From the NCBI GenBank assembly GCA_963675745.2, contig CAXXWX010000010.1, positions 1 through 64,000 of the forward strand: a stretch of DNA of 64,000 nt, written 5' to 3'. Shown piece after piece: positions 11,416-21,537 of the stretch. The notes below the pieces were generated by a model. The model made no database searches, was not told where the DNA came from, and worked only from the letters and a program-made list of their open reading frames with translations. The translations under genes were made by a program, and so were the position numbers. Source of the stretch: Phycisphaerae bacterium. Lineage in GTDB: Bacteria; Planctomycetota; Phycisphaerae; UBA1845; Fen-1342. The number at the start of each line of letters is the position of its first letter. The stretch's first letter is position 1.

Positions 11416-11856
11416 GGCGGGTCTCGCCGAGCTCAACCTACCCTACGGCAACCAATGTAGCGGCCCGCGCCCGGCAGGCCGTCGTGCGTTGATACGCATG
11501 CGTGCGCACGATCGCCTCCAACACGGAATCAAGAAGCCGGCTGAAGGCCGGCTCTGAGTAACAGGGGAAGCAATGCGGACCGCCCACCACCAGTTAAAAC
11601 TGGTGGCAACCACCGGTCGGCTGAAGCCGACCAACATGCGTGCGCGACACAATCGGCGGATGGTAGGCATGTCGTCCCCCAGGGACGCAATGAACATAGC
11701 CCAGCACGAAGTGCTGGGGCAATCGTGGCCACGTGAAAACCGAGTCCCGCAGGGACGGCTGAGCTTTCAGTTGTCCCTGCGGGACTTGCCAGCCAAACAC
11801 GCGATCCAAACCCAGCACTGCGTGCGGGGCTATATTCAGATGCCCCTACGGGGCAC
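11416..11856. repeat. Cluster of REP-like palindromes including a ~190-bp composite inverted repeat
   Basis: Minus-strand GTAGGGTAGGTTGAG..CGAGACCCGCC; AGCCGGCTGAAGGCCGGCT; CACCAGTTAAAACTGGTG; GGTCGGCTGAAGCCGACC; AGTCCCGCAGGGAC..GTCCCTGCGGGACT flanked by ATAGCCCAGCACGAAGTGCTGGG and CCCAGCACTGCGTGCGGGGCTAT. Confidence 0.8.
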
Positions 11857-12015
11857 ATGACTCGGAAACCACAGGCGCGGAATTCCCTTCGCAAGTGTCA
11901 CGGCCCCCCAACCAACGCGCAGCGGCCCGAAACTCGTTGACACCGACCGCCCAGCCCGGCGACAATACAGATCGGCCGCTACCGCGCCGGTCAACTCGCA
12001 CAGGGGCAAGCCATC

Positions 12016-12861
12016 ATGGTCACCGACGATATCCCGCAACCGGATGCCGGGCTCTGCACTTGGCATCAACAGCGGCTGAGTCGCTGGGCAGACTTTGTCG
12101 CCTTTGTCGAGAGCCTGGTGCTCAATGAGCAGGGGGACGCAGGTTGGTACCTTCGCGGGCAGAGCGACGAGTCATGGGGGTTGCGGCCATCCCTGCTGCG
12201 CTATCTTGGTAAGGTCGCTGTCGAGCGCGCGCTGGGGATTGAGTTCGGTGCATCGCGGCGATTCATATCGCAGTATCACTTGCACTCGGCGGCCCATAGT
12301 AGCGACATGTCCAAGTGGAGTCCGATCGCATGGTGGATGGTTATGCAGCATCACTCGTGTCCGACGCGACTGCTTGACTGGACCCTCTCACCGTACGTGG
12401 CGCTCTACTTTGCTGTTGATCAACTCCCAGAAAGTGACGGTGCCGTGTGGCTCTTTCCTTCCGCGGCACTCGGAAACCTCACGGCCACTCGCTACGGGAG
12501 ACTACAGCCCGACTCCGGCAAACAGTTGGAGTCAAAAGACGTTGAGGCCGTTTACCCCGTAGAAGCAGCCGTACACAGTAGACGGTCGGCGACACAGCAG
12601 GCCGTGTTCACGGTTTGCACACATGTTCTAGCTGATCATGGCGACGCTATCTCTAGGGCGTTTGTCGGACAGGAGGATCGGCGTCCTCTGAACAAAGTCA
12701 TCGTACCAGCAAGCCTGAAGAATGAGTTTCTCTCCAGGCTGACGGCTATGAACATCACGGCCAGTTCCCTGTTTCCGAGCTTGGATGGTCTAGGTCGAGC
12801 GGCATGTAACTACATACGCTTACGAGCATGGCGCACCCATGGCGAGGAATCGCCCGGATAG
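12016..12861 (+). CDS. FRG domain-containing protein
   Basis: WYLRGQS...LRPSLLR, MQHHSCPTRLLDWTLSPYVALYFA, RSATQQAVFT and MNITASSLFPSLDGL. Confidence 0.9.
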   Translation: MVTDDIPQPDAGLCTWHQQRLSRWADFVAFVESLVLNEQGDAGWYLRGQSDESWGLRPSLLRYLGKVAVERALGIEFGASRRFISQYHLHSAAHSSDMSKWSPIAWWMVMQHHSCPTRLLDWTLSPYVALYFAVDQLPESDGAVWLFPSAALGNLTATRYGRLQPDSGKQLESKDVEAVYPVEAAVHSRRSATQQAVFTVCTHVLADHGDAISRAFVGQEDRRPLNKVIVPASLKNEFLSRLTAMNITASSLFPSLDGLGRAACNYIRLRAWRTHGEESPG

Positions 12862-13103
12862 TGATGGTATTGAGGGTGACGGCGCAGAGCTATCACGCAA
12901 GCGCGCAAGGCAGTCACGCCACGTGGGAGGGCCATCAACGTGTTGTCGTCGAGGACCGCCCGCGTGCAACTGCTCGGGTTGGTGCTCTGTGGATCAAAGG
13001 CACACCTGACGCCGCAGCATGAATGGGATGGGCGTCCCGACCGCAAAAGCCACGCGCGGGACGCCTCGGCCGCCATATGTTGTACGAGCATCCGAAATTC
13101 TGC

Positions 13104-15800
13104 TTACTCGACCTCAACCGTTATATCGGCCACCACTACCGTGTCGGACTGGTCGCGGGCCAGGATGCGGGCCGTCTGCCGGGTTAACTCGTCGATCTTG
13201 TTGCCGGGCGAGCCTTCCGACGTCCACACGTCGTCGTTGGCCACCACGTCGGCGTGTGTGCCGTCGTTGAGCAGCCACGAGAAGTAGATCGGGTAATTGG
13301 CCAGTTCGTCGCCGACCTTCACCCCATCCAGCAGATCGTCCCGGTCGACCTGTTTCAGATCCGCCGGTCCATCCGGATCGGTCACCCGCGCGGTCAGCTT
13401 GACCCGCGCCTCGGCGTCGCCACGCGGCATTTTCGGCGGGTCCATGGCGATCTGCTCGATGACCGGCGCGTCGGCCACCGCGTTGGGTTCGTTGAAATAG
13501 CCGACGTAAAGCGAGAACAGGAAGGGCCACGAGTGGTACTCGTGCTTGAACATGACGCGCGTGCCGTCGTCGCTGAGTTGAATGACGGTCCGTGCGCCAA
13601 TCAGGCCGAGCACCTCGCGCGAGCCGGAGCCGTCGGTGTTGACGAGCCGGCCGCTTGATGTGACGTCGGAGTAGAAGAGCTTGGACCCGTCGTGCGTGAT
13701 CGACAGGCCGTTGAAGTTGTAACCCGACGGCGCGACCTGTCGCCGATTCTCGCCATTGACGCCCATCACCTCGATGAAATCTCCGCCGTCGCCCCAGCTT
13801 CGGAACGCGATGGTGGTGCCGTCGCCGCTGAGTGTGATGTAGCTCTTGCCGCGTGTGGCGCCGTCGGTCGTGAGCTGCGTGATCGTGCCGTTCTTCCAAA
13901 CGAAGATCTCGTCACGGTCCCTGAAGGCGCCGTCCCAGTAGCCGGGCGGGATAAAGGCAATCGTGGCACCGTCGTCAGATACGGCAATCGGCCCGACACG
14001 ATAGGCGCCGTGGCCGTTGTCGTAGACCACGTCGGTGTGAGAAAAGACGTTGGCGATCACGGCCCCGTCGTGGCTGACCTTCCAGACGCTGCGACTGTCC
14101 CAATCGTTGCACCAGTACACCCACTCACCGTCGGCCGTGCAGTAGATTTGATCGTACATGCCGGCCTCGTGGGCGAAGTCGACCGTGGTGGCAGTGCCGC
14201 CTTCGATCTTGGTCATCAGGCTGCCGCGCTGGGCGATGAACGCGCGTGAGCCGTCACGGCTGATCGCCGCCGCCGTGAGCTGCGGATCAGCATCCGGCAG
14301 GTTGAACGTCTGCAAACCGGTGCCGTCGGCGTTGATCAGGTAGGCGCGGCGATGGTCCGTTGACCGGCCGTTGGCAAACACGATCTTCGTGCCGTCGCCG
14401 CTAAAGGCGTTGAACGCGATTGCATCATAGTCGTCGCCGATGTCTTCCTGTTTGATCAGCTCGTCATAGACCGCATAGAAATCGAATGCCGATGCGGCGC
14501 CAACGGTGATGGTAACCGTCGCCGGCGCGCTGGTGCTGGTGCCATCGTTGACCGTAAACTCGAAATCATCCGTGCCGGTATAGCCGGCGTTGGGCGTGTA
14601 GGTGACAGCCGGCAGGTCGGTGATGTCGAGCGTGCCGTTCTCGGGCTGGGCCGTTATCTGGAAGGTCAGTGGGTCGTCTTCGGCGTCGGTGCCGGTCAGC
14701 GTGATATTGGCCGGCGTGTTCTGCGCCGTGGATACCTGTTGCCCGTTGGCGACCGGGGCGGCGTTTAGCGAGACGAACACGGCTCGGATCGACATGTCGC
14801 TGTTCATCGTGATAGTCGCCGGGTCGGCGTTGCCGGTCAGGTCGATTTCCCAGCGATCAAAGCGCCAGCCGCTCGCCGGGTTGGGATCAAGCTGCACCTG
14901 GGTGCCTTCGACATAGATGTTCCCATTGGGGTCGGGGTCGGCGGTGACTGTGCCCTGGCCCTCGGTGGTTAAGGTGAGCTCATAGCGGTCAAGCAGCGGC
15001 GTGAAGACGGCGGTGACCGTCTTATTGCGATCCATCGTAAGCGTGATCGAGCTGATCAGGCTGAGCGAGTCGCCATCCCAGCGGAGGAAGCCCCAACCGC
15101 TGGCGGGCGTGGCGACCAATGTGACCTGCTCACCTTCGGGGTAGGTCCCGCCCAGTGGGGCGACGCCGCCATTGCCCTGGATGTTCACCGTGAGCGTATA
15201 GGCGGGGCCAATGGGGTCAAAGATGGCGGTGATGTCCTTGTTGCCGTCCATGGTGAGTTCGACCGTCGGGGTGGTCTCGCCATTCACGCCGGAGCCCTCC
15301 CAGCGGACAAACTCCCAGCCGGTGGCGGGATCGGCGACCAGCGTCACGACGTCGCCATCCATATACTCGCCGTGAGCCGGGGCGGCGGTCCCCTGGCCGA
15401 TGACGCCGACGTTCAGCTCGTACATCGCCGAGAAGATGGCGTAGACGAGCTTGTCGGAGTTCATGACGACGGTGATGGTCGTCTCGTCGCCGCCGGCGTC
15501 ACCCTCCCAGCCCTTGAAGCGAAAGCCCGCGTCGGTGTCCGCGGTCGCCTGAATCACGACCTGGGCCCCTTCGTTGTAATAACCGTCGGCGTTCGGCGCA
15601 TCTCCCCCCACAACAACCGCCGTGCCGCCCCCAACGGCGCGCACGCTCAGCGAATACCCGCTCGGCGGCGTCCCGATACTGTTTGGATCAAACGAGCCCC
15701 CGGGGCAGCCACCCATCACCAGCGTAAGTGCGATCACCGCCGTCAGCGCGCCCGCGCGCCCTAGCAAACCACTCGTATTATTCAGCTCTTTCGCCTTCAT
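13104..15800 (-). CDS. Surface lipoprotein with four InlB B-repeat-like domains, an Ig/cadherin-like domain, a TolB-like beta-propeller and a C-terminal Ig-like domain
   Basis: Lipobox MGGC; repeats of the type YxLTVxxxGxG...GWxFxRWEG...MxxDKxxxAxF; NAAPVANGQQVST...GTDDFEFTVND; several SxDGxxIxF blades; ATG 15800 follows GGAG. Confidence 0.8.
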   Translation of the reverse strand: MKAKELNNTSGLLGRAGALTAVIALTLVMGGCPGGSFDPNSIGTPPSGYSLSVRAVGGGTAVVVGGDAPNADGYYNEGAQVVIQATADTDAGFRFKGWEGDAGGDETTITVVMNSDKLVYAIFSAMYELNVGVIGQGTAAPAHGEYMDGDVVTLVADPATGWEFVRWEGSGVNGETTPTVELTMDGNKDITAIFDPIGPAYTLTVNIQGNGGVAPLGGTYPEGEQVTLVATPASGWGFLRWDGDSLSLISSITLTMDRNKTVTAVFTPLLDRYELTLTTEGQGTVTADPDPNGNIYVEGTQVQLDPNPASGWRFDRWEIDLTGNADPATITMNSDMSIRAVFVSLNAAPVANGQQVSTAQNTPANITLTGTDAEDDPLTFQITAQPENGTLDITDLPAVTYTPNAGYTGTDDFEFTVNDGTSTSAPATVTITVGAASAFDFYAVYDELIKQEDIGDDYDAIAFNAFSGDGTKIVFANGRSTDHRRAYLINADGTGLQTFNLPDADPQLTAAAISRDGSRAFIAQRGSLMTKIEGGTATTVDFAHEAGMYDQIYCTADGEWVYWCNDWDSRSVWKVSHDGAVIANVFSHTDVVYDNGHGAYRVGPIAVSDDGATIAFIPPGYWDGAFRDRDEIFVWKNGTITQLTTDGATRGKSYITLSGDGTTIAFRSWGDGGDFIEVMGVNGENRRQVAPSGYNFNGLSITHDGSKLFYSDVTSSGRLVNTDGSGSREVLGLIGARTVIQLSDDGTRVMFKHEYHSWPFLFSLYVGYFNEPNAVADAPVIEQIAMDPPKMPRGDAEARVKLTARVTDPDGPADLKQVDRDDLLDGVKVGDELANYPIYFSWLLNDGTHADVVANDDVWTSEGSPGNKIDELTRQTARILARDQSDTVVVADITVEVE

Positions 15801-16156
15801 GGTCATCTCCCAAAACGCACCCGTGCCGCGGGTGAACATCGTTGCGCCCAGCAACATGACAGGGGGTACACCTGTGGCCGGCGTTTCTCACACGCCCAAC
15901 CGCGATTCTCAAAAAAAAACACCGGCCTCTGTGAGATTGAGCGCGCCCATGGGTACTGAAAGACGAACACGCGTAGCGGTTGACCCCTGGTTCGGCCGTG
16001 CAGGCCCGAACGCCTCTCGGATTGTGGGCGGCTGCCGCGGGGGGGGGCGGCCGCTATCAGACGCCTGCCGGCAATCGCGGCCGGCGGCAGTGAATCCTTC
16101 GGACCCGGCCAACGGACTTTCTGGGAGCGGTAGAATGGTGCGCACAGGAGGTCCGC

Positions 16157-16732
16157 TTGGATACGACTCGCCCCAGTCTGCTGCTGCGCATCCGCGATCA
16201 CGCCGACATCGGCGCATGGCAGACATTCGATGCGATTTATCGGCCAATGCTGTTTCGCTTCGGGCGCGCCAGCGGCTTGAGTCACGCCGATGCCGAAGAC
16301 GTCGCGCAGCACTGTCTGACGGCGGTCGCCGACCATATCCAGGAGTTCAGCTACGATCCGCGCAAAGGCCGCTTCAAGTCCTGGCTGCGCACATTGGTGA
16401 ACAACCGGGTGCGCAATCTGCGCCGCCGACCGATCGAGCATCAGGCGAACACGGCGGATTTCCGCGATCAGCAGCAGCGCGAGCCGGCGCCCGACGAGGT
16501 TTTCGATCGCATCTGGATGGAAGAACACCTCTGGCACAGTCTCGGCGAACTGCGCGCCGAGGTCGACGAAACCACGTTTCTGGCGTTTCAGCACTACGTA
16601 ATCGATCAATGGCCGATCGACAAAGTCTGCAACGAGCTCGGGCTCAAGCCCAACAACGTCTACACGATCAAATGGCGGCTCACCGAGCGCGTGGCCGAGA
16701 AGATGAAGGACTCACTTGATGGCACCGAGTGA
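16157..16732 (+). CDS. ECF RNA polymerase sigma factor (planctomycete kinase-associated type)
   Basis: TTRPSLLLRI, AWQTFDAIYRP, DAEDVAQ, YDPRKGRFKSWL and a region-4 HTH; RBS AGGAGG before a TTG start. Confidence 0.92.
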   Translation: MDTTRPSLLLRIRDHADIGAWQTFDAIYRPMLFRFGRASGLSHADAEDVAQHCLTAVADHIQEFSYDPRKGRFKSWLRTLVNNRVRNLRRRPIEHQANTADFRDQQQREPAPDEVFDRIWMEEHLWHSLGELRAEVDETTFLAFQHYVIDQWPIDKVCNELGLKPNNVYTIKWRLTERVAEKMKDSLDGTE

Positions 16733-19304
16733 ACACAAAGTTCACACCTGCCCCGACGACGCCGAGCTGCGCGGCTACCACGCCCGTGAGCTGAGCGACG
16801 ACGCGGCCGATGCCATCGCCGAACACCTGGGCACATGCGCGGCGTGTGCCGAGCGCGCGCAGCGGATGAAACGCGAGCACAACGCCTGGATCGAGCGCAT
16901 CAGGTCGGTGGGGACGGCGCCATCCGCCGCGGTCGAGCGCCCCGCCGCTCTCGATGAAACGCCGCGGCCACCGGAAATCCCGGGCTATCGCGATATTGAA
17001 GAGGTCTACCGCGGCGGCCAGGGCATCGTGTTTCGCGCGTGGCAGGAGTCAACCAAGCGGCAGGTGGCGCTCAAGGTGCTGCGCGAAGGGATCTACGCGT
17101 CGCCCGCCGCGCGCCGGCGTTTCGAGCGTGAGATCGAGCTCGTCGCCGCGCTCAGCCACCGTCACATCGTGACCGTGTTCGATTCAGGCAAGACCGCCGA
17201 CGGCCACCGCTACCTGGTTATGGACTTCGTGCGCGGCCAGGCGCTGGGCCGCTTTGTGGCGGAGCGCGGCTTGCAGGATACAGAGATGCTGCGTCTGTTC
17301 GCCACGATCTGCGATGCCGTCAACTACGCCCATCAGCGCGGCGTGATCCACCGCGATCTCAAGCCCGGCAACATCCTGATCGACGAGGGTGGCGAGCCGC
17401 ACGTTCTCGATTTCGGCTTGGCACGCCCACTGGGCCGGCGCGGCGCGACGCGGCTCACCACGGAGGCCCAGGTGGCCGGCACGCTGCCCTACATGTCCCC
17501 GGAGCAGGCGCGCGGCTCGTCCGACGCGGTTGACGTGCGCAGCGATGTTTATGCGCTGGGCGTGATTCTGTACGAGCTGTTGACCGGAACCTATCCCTAC
17601 GACGTCGACGGCGACACGCTGGAGGTGCTCAGGAACATCGCCGAGGTGGAACCGGCGCCTCCCGGCCGTGAACGCGGGGCGCATCGCATCGACGGCGAAC
17701 TCGAGACGATTGTGCTCAAGTCACTGGCCAAGGACCCCGGCCGTCGTTACCAGACGGCCGGCGAGTTGGCGCGCGACGTGCGGCACTATCTGAACGCCGA
17801 GCCCATCGAGGCCAAGCGCGACAGCCATTGGTACATTGTCCGGAAGACCCTCGCGCGACACCGCGTCGGCGTGGCGGTAACCGCGGCGTTCGCCGTTTTG
17901 GTATTGACCTCCGCGATCGCGCTGGGGGTGTTGTACGTCCAGCAACTGAGGCTGCGCACCGCCGCCGACGAGCAGGCCCGGCTGGCCCGCGCCGCGGAGC
18001 AGCGCGCCGAACGGCGATTCGATCAGGTGCGCCAACTGGCCCGGGCGGCGGTCTTCCAGTTCGATGAGGAGATCCGCTACCTGCCGGGATCCGCCAAGGC
18101 CCGAAAGCTGCTGGTGGAAACCGGCCTGGAATACCTGGATGGCCTGGCCGCGGAGGCCGGTAACTCCATCGCGCTCCAGATCGACGTCGCTGCCGGGTAC
18201 GTCAAGATCGGAGAGGTGCAGGGCGAAATCGACGCCACCACACTCGGCGATCTCAGCGGCGCTGCCGAAAGCTACAAAAAAGCGCTGGCGATGCTCGAAC
18301 GCGTCGAGCAGCAGGCCCCCGACCAGGCCACGCCGAAGTTCCTGATTCCCCTGACGTTGGTCAAGCTCGGTGACATGCAGGCCCACCTCGGCCACGACGA
18401 CGAGGCGCTGGAGAGTTACCGCCGCGCCCTGCGGCGTGCGCAAGCGGTGATGGAAGCTACGCCGGGCGATTCTGAGGCCATATTCAACGCCGGCGCCGCC
18501 CACGAGCGCATCGGCGACATGCTCAAGCGTGCCGGCAAATACGAGGAGGCTCTTGAACACTACGAAGCGATGTCGCAGTTGTCGTCGAGCGCGGCGTCCA
18601 ACGGCGCGGACCTGTCCACACGTCGCGCGGCGGCGGTCAAGTATGCCAACATGGCCAACGTCTATCACGCCCAGGGCGAGTACGACCGGGCGCTCGAGCT
18701 CTATCGCCAATTCCTGGCCGTCGCCGAGCAACTGCTAATCGAACACCCGGATCACATAGTGCCCCGGGCTGACGTGGGCACCGGGCAGCAGTGGATCGGT
18801 ATCATCCTCGCTGACAAGGGTGAGCATGCGGCCGCGATCGAGTGCTACCGGGCGAGCATCGAGGTTTTCGAACGCCTGCTCGCCGATGATCCCCAATCCG
18901 TCGTCGCCCTGCAGGGCCTGGCCACGGATTATTCCAAGCTCGGCGAAGCGTGGCTGGCACTGGAAGATCTGCAACGCGCTGAAGACGGCTTTGAGCGGGC
19001 CGCAACCTATACCGAGGAGCTGGTGGGGCGGCATCCCGATCGCATCGAGGCGCGTCGTCTGCTCGGCGTCGCCTATTACAAGATGGCGGAACTCGCCCGT
19101 AAGCGCGGCGGCGATGATTCGCTGCCGGCCACACAGCGCGCGGCACAGCTCGAGAGCGCGCGGGCCTGGCTCGAGAAGACCCAGACGGTCTTTTCCGATA
19201 TGCAGGCGGATGGCACGCTGCCGGCTGCCGACGCCGCCGTCCCGCTGTCGCTGGCGATTGAACTCAAGCAGGTTGACGCCGCTCTTGCCGAACTGCGCGA
19301 ATAG
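16719..19304 (+). CDS. Ser/Thr protein kinase with N-terminal zf-HC2-like motif, TM segment and C-terminal TPR repeats
   Basis: HLGTCAAC; GGQGIVF, VALK, HRDLKPGN, DFG and GTLPYMSPE; TM VGVAVTAAFAVLVLTSAIALGVLYV; TPR-like helices; overlaps the sigma factor stop. Confidence 0.95.
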   Translation: MAPSEHKVHTCPDDAELRGYHARELSDDAADAIAEHLGTCAACAERAQRMKREHNAWIERIRSVGTAPSAAVERPAALDETPRPPEIPGYRDIEEVYRGGQGIVFRAWQESTKRQVALKVLREGIYASPAARRRFEREIELVAALSHRHIVTVFDSGKTADGHRYLVMDFVRGQALGRFVAERGLQDTEMLRLFATICDAVNYAHQRGVIHRDLKPGNILIDEGGEPHVLDFGLARPLGRRGATRLTTEAQVAGTLPYMSPEQARGSSDAVDVRSDVYALGVILYELLTGTYPYDVDGDTLEVLRNIAEVEPAPPGRERGAHRIDGELETIVLKSLAKDPGRRYQTAGELARDVRHYLNAEPIEAKRDSHWYIVRKTLARHRVGVAVTAAFAVLVLTSAIALGVLYVQQLRLRTAADEQARLARAAEQRAERRFDQVRQLARAAVFQFDEEIRYLPGSAKARKLLVETGLEYLDGLAAEAGNSIALQIDVAAGYVKIGEVQGEIDATTLGDLSGAAESYKKALAMLERVEQQAPDQATPKFLIPLTLVKLGDMQAHLGHDDEALESYRRALRRAQAVMEATPGDSEAIFNAGAAHERIGDMLKRAGKYEEALEHYEAMSQLSSSAASNGADLSTRRAAAVKYANMANVYHAQGEYDRALELYRQFLAVAEQLLIEHPDHIVPRADVGTGQQWIGIILADKGEHAAAIECYRASIEVFERLLADDPQSVVALQGLATDYSKLGEAWLALEDLQRAEDGFERAATYTEELVGRHPDRIEARRLLGVAYYKMAELARKRGGDDSLPATQRAAQLESARAWLEKTQTVFSDMQADGTLPAADAAVPLSLAIELKQVDAALAELRE

Positions 19305-19474
19305 CCGGTGCGGCGACCAGCGCCCAGCGTGGTCTTCCCGACAACACCCGACCCCTCCCGCCATGGCGCGGAACACGCCGCACCGCCGGTTTTTGGGCGG
19401 GCTGCTGGCCAGCCATGGGCGGTGTGGGCTAGAATGCCGTTGCTCTGGAACGTGAACACCACCGCCAACGGAGA

Positions 19475-20563
19475 ATGTCCGGAATGACGCGAATTCGCTC
19501 GCTTGCCGCGGTTTTGGCCGTTTTGCTGACCACCGAGATCCTCTGGGCTCAAAACGCGCTGGCACCACTGCGCCAGAAAGCCGCGCTCACCGACGAAGAC
19601 AAGAGCGCGATCCGCGCCTGGGTCGATCAGCGGATTGACGAGGTCATCGCGGCCGGCGGCGAGAAAACCAAACCATCCGCCCTGAATCTGTTGCGCGACG
19701 CACTGAAAGACTCGGGGAAGGCGTTCAGCGAGGCCTGCGCCGTCGCATGCGCGGACAAGATTGCGTCCGAACTGCGTGGCGCCCCGCTGACCGTCGCGCC
19801 GCGGCTGGTCACGCTGCTCTACGGTTTCAGTGACTCCGCCGCCGTGCGTGTGCTGGTCGAGGCGCTGCAGGACCAGCGCGAAGCCGTGCGCGCCAGCGGG
19901 GCGATTGGCCTGCGTCGGCTGGCGCCTGCATTTGCCGCGCAAGGCGCGGCGGATGTGAACGCCATCCTGACGACGCTGCGCGATGCCGGCCGGAGCGAAA
20001 CATCCGCCAGCGTGCTCAAGGCCATTTACCAGGCAATGGACTACACGAAAGTCCCGGATGCCCCCGACGCGCGCGCCAACGCCGCCGCCGTGCTCGAACT
20101 GCTGGAGACGCGCGCGGGCACATACGAGGTTGGAAACCCCGCGCCCGCGCTGGGTGTGGATCTGGCGGGGGTGGAGATTCTCACCGGCACCGGCATTTCA
20201 CTCGACGACGGACAGCGTCGCCGATTGGTGGCGTCCGTTGCGAAGATGCTGCGCTACAACGTCTGGCGCTACACGACCGATCCCGTGCTGCGCCGCGCCA
20301 AGGCGTCCGACGTGGCGCGCACGCGCAACCGGATCGAGCGCTTCATCGAAGAGGCCGAGACGCGTCTGCGCGGTCTGGGGGTCGGTGGCGCGACGCCGCC
20401 CGACATCGTCGGTGCGCTGCGCGACGGTGACCCGATCGCGGAAATGAACAAGTGGGCGGCGCTGCTCGGGAATCTCACCGGTGAAGACTACACCCTGCGA
20501 ATCGACGCCGCGGCCGAGACCGAGGAAGCCGCGGAGGAACACAAAGAGCCCGAAGAACCCTGA
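19475..20563 (+). CDS. Secreted HEAT-repeat-like helical protein
   Basis: Signal peptide ending LWA-QN; VLVEALQDQREAVRASGAIGLRRL. Confidence 0.65.
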   Translation: MSGMTRIRSLAAVLAVLLTTEILWAQNALAPLRQKAALTDEDKSAIRAWVDQRIDEVIAAGGEKTKPSALNLLRDALKDSGKAFSEACAVACADKIASELRGAPLTVAPRLVTLLYGFSDSAAVRVLVEALQDQREAVRASGAIGLRRLAPAFAAQGAADVNAILTTLRDAGRSETSASVLKAIYQAMDYTKVPDAPDARANAAAVLELLETRAGTYEVGNPAPALGVDLAGVEILTGTGISLDDGQRRRLVASVAKMLRYNVWRYTTDPVLRRAKASDVARTRNRIERFIEEAETRLRGLGVGGATPPDIVGALRDGDPIAEMNKWAALLGNLTGEDYTLRIDAAAETEEAAEEHKEPEEP

Positions 20564-20669
20564 GCGGAACAAGCCCCGGCGACAGTTTTCGCCGCTCGTG
20601 CCGTCGCCGCACGGCCCGCGCGCTTCCCGCACCGCACCGCGGCGCGGTTTGCGCTAACCGTGCCCTGGG

Positions 20670-20933
20670 CTATTTATTCTCGTAATAGGCCCGGTTCTTC
20701 TCGATGAAGTGATGCCACTTTTTCGGCAGGTCTTCCTCGGTGAAAATCGCCTTCACCGGGCACTCATCAACGCACAGCCCACAGTCGATGCAGGTGTCAG
20801 GCTCGATGAAGAGCATCTCGGCTGTCGCGAAGTCCGGCTCGTCCTTGGTCGGGTGGATGCAGTCCACCGGACAGACCTCGACACAACCGGTGTCCTTTGT
20901 GCCGATACACGGCTCCGCGATTATGTGCGGCAC
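20670..20933 (-). CDS. 7Fe (3Fe-4S/4Fe-4S) ferredoxin
   Basis: CIGTKDTGCVEVCPVDCIH and CIDCGLCVDECP; GTG start follows AAGGAG. Confidence 0.95.
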   Translation of the reverse strand: MPHIIAEPCIGTKDTGCVEVCPVDCIHPTKDEPDFATAEMLFIEPDTCIDCGLCVDECPVKAIFTEEDLPKKWHHFIEKNRAYYENK

Positions 20934-21117
20934 TGCTGTCTCCTTGTCAGTGCGGGGAGGCGTCATTCGCCGGCCCATCGGCGATGTTGTGGATTATAGC
21001 GGGGGGGCAGCGCGGGAACAGACAATCGGCCATCATAAGAAGTCTGTACCGTGGGCGTTCACACCGGGAGGCGAGTATCATCCAATGGGTGCGGACGCCA
21101 GACGAAGGAGGCGCGTT

Positions 21118-21336
21118 ATGCCACGAAAACTGCTCTGGACCGACGTTGAGGACATCGGCATTCAGCTCTTCGAGCGTTTCCCGGATACCGATCCGCTGAC
21201 CGTTCGATTCACTGACCTGCTGCGCTACGTATCCGAGCTCGAGGATTTTGGTGACGATCCCGCCGCCGTCAACGAACGCAAACTGGAAGCGGTCCAGATG
21301 GCCTGGTTGGATGAGTACCAGGACGAGTCTGATTGA
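21118..21336 (+). CDS. iscX: Fe-S cluster assembly protein IscX
   Basis: LWTDVEDIGIQL...DPLTVRFTDL...NERKLEAVQMAWLDE; RBS AAGGAGG. Confidence 0.93.
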   Translation: MPRKLLWTDVEDIGIQLFERFPDTDPLTVRFTDLLRYVSELEDFGDDPAAVNERKLEAVQMAWLDEYQDESD

Positions 21337-21537
21337 AGTTGACGCCTGCTACGCGCGAACATGGCGCGTATCACATGCCGCGGATGGGCTTATCGGTCGC
21401 AGTGCTTCGGCGTACGCCGCTGTCGCAGGGGTTGCCCACGGGATTAGTATTAGCTATATGGCGATCAACCGCCCGCGCCCGCGGGGTCCGCGAGCACTCG
21501 GCGGCTCACATGGGAAACACGCGTCCGCAAGGAGTTA

